A stretch of DNA of 64,000 bases from Octopus sinensis (lineage: Eukaryota): NCBI RefSeq assembly GCF_006345805.1, contig NC_042999.1, positions 106,950,001 through 107,014,000 of the forward strand, in the 5' to 3' direction. A program made the translations under genes and the position numbers. Of this stretch, positions 62,064 through 64,000 are shown piece after piece; the first letter of the stretch is position 1; every line of letters begins with the position of its first letter. A model generated the notes under the pieces. It worked only from the letters and a program-made list of their open reading frames with translations, ran no database searches and was not told the DNA's origin.

Positions 62064-62802
62064 ATAATTACACCTGTTAATTAGGTTTATCAAATATGTG
62101 TGCTCAACAGAATGATGACATGTTCAGTTATAGTGTAGATGGTTAACCATTCTACAGAGACATATACCCTTATTGTAATTTTCAGGAAGAATAAGTGTGA
62201 CTCTGATTTTGCATGACAACATGTGACAAAGTTGGTCCTTTGAAATACAGCTAAGTTCTATTTTGTATTATAGGTTAAGTAACTGAATATTCCACATATT
62301 TTAGAATCTATAAAACAAGTACCTAACTAGGGCAATAGATTTGTAGAACTGTTAAAACATCAGATTGGGATATGTTCTGGTTCTTTGCATTTTGAGTTTA
62401 AATCTCAATAAAATGGTTAGTTATTGGATATTCCATCAGGAACTGGAACCATAACTCAAATGTTTCTGCTAGCTTCTTTCTTTTGTTCTTTTGAGATGCA
62501 GTCAGAGATTTATGAGAGTCAGCTATCAAATATCAAAGCATCTTGTGTCAAATTCTGTTCAACATAGATGAACTTTATCCATTTCCTTAACATCTGAGGG
62601 CAAATACAGCTCAATCTAGATAACCCACAAAAAATCTATTGTTCTCCTGACTTACTTGAACTAGGAAATTTTATAAATATAGAATTCTTCCTCTTTTTAT
62701 CAGGTTCTTTGGTAGAGATACATACCTGCCTTATATCCTCAGTACTGTCAAATAGTTAAAATCCAACTCTTACTCTCTCTCTCTCTCTCTCTCACTCTAT
62801 CA

Positions 62803-62835
<33 letters not shown>

Positions 62836-63008
62836 CTATCTATCTATCTATCTATCTCTTTCTCAATCTCTCTTTTACTCTCTCTCCTCATGGTTGTCTG
62901 AGGTAACATGTTTCTCTTTCTTTCTCTCCTTTTCCTTTCCATTCAACCATCTAGTAGTCAACTATGATAACCACAATTACCTGCATGATTGACAACAGAA
63001 GTAGTCTA

Positions 63009-63860
63009 ATATTTTGGTTTCAAATTTTGGCACAAGGCCAGCAATTTCTGAGAGAGAGTAAGTAAATTATATTGACCCACAGTGCTCAACAGATACTTAT
63101 TTCATCCCAAAAGGATGAAAGGTCAAGTCAACCTTAACAAATTTGAACTCAGAATGTAAAGTCAGATGAAATGCCACTAAGCATTTTACCCACAATTCTG
63201 CCTTTATATTTTGGTTTCAAATCTTGGCACAAGGCTAGCAACTTGAAGGGAGGAGGGAGATTCTTCGTTGATTACATTCACCCAAGTGCTCAACCAATAT
63301 TTATTTTATTGAACCTGAAAAAATGAAAGGCAAAAGTTGACCTCGGCAGAATTTGAACTTTACCTGACATACTTAACAACTCTACCAGCTCACCACCTTA
63401 CTGTCTCTATATATTGATTTCAAATTTTGACAGAAGGCCATCAGTTTTGGAGGCGGCAGTAGGTCAATTACATCAACCGCAGTGTTCAACTGGTACTTAT
63501 TTTATAGATCCTGAAAGAGATGAAGGGCAAAGCTGACCTAGCAGAATTTGAACCCAGAACATAAAGACAGATGAAATGCACTAAGCATTTTGCCCAGTGT
63601 GCTAATGATTCTGCCAACTTGCCACTTTACAGTTTTTATATATTGGTTTCAAATTTTGGCACAAGGCCAACAGTTTGAAAGGAAGAGCCAAGTTGATTAA
63701 ATTGACCCCAGTGTTTAACTGGTAATTATTTTATCAATCCCAAAAAGATGAAATTCAAAGATGATCTCCGCAGAATTTGAACTCAGAGCATAAAGTTTGA
63801 TGAAATGCCTCTAAGCATTTTCCCCGACGTGCTAACAATTCTACCAGCTCACTGCCTTGC
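63009..63860 (-). mobile_element. Four head-to-tail SINE copies of ~200-230 bp
   Basis: atatt(t)ggtttcaaattttggcacaaggcca recurs at ~63009, 63206, 63411 and 63640. Confidence 0.85.
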
Positions 63861-64000
63861 AGTTTTTATATATTAACGACACAAAGTAGTTGTGTGTAGT
63901 ATAAGAGTAAATAAATCCAATTTAACCATAATCTTGTCATTTCTACCATTCATCTATAATACATGCATCCATTACATTCCAGTGACCCTGGTGTTCAAAC

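Overview
AT-rich, microsatellite-dense animal genomic DNA. The SINE and LINE repertoire resembles what I recall from octopus (inference only). I recognised no host protein-coding exon, rRNA, tRNA gene or CRISPR array; almost all identifiable content is mobile DNA. Main elements: (1) a compact, decayed Ty3/Gypsy-type LTR retrotransposon on the minus strand (6.5-10.6 kb), whose primer-binding site matches the 5' end, not the 3' end, of tRNA-Phe. (2) Three RTE-clade LINEs (26.1-29.1, 31.0-35.1, 49.6-53.6 kb), each with a PHD finger inserted inside the RT domain and its own tandem expansion in the 3' UTR. (3) A nearly intact Tx1/L1-clade LINE (~36.8-40.86 kb). (4) An 8.7-kb array of ~500-bp satellite units sitting exactly between the Tx1 3' end and the 5' end of the third RTE. 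(5) CR1, RTE and Helitron fragments, many tRNA-derived SINEs, a MITE, and several hammerhead-ribozyme-like motifs of the Penelope type, including an inverted pair with one motif on each strand. All alignments and folds were done by eye, so boundaries are approximate unless stated.
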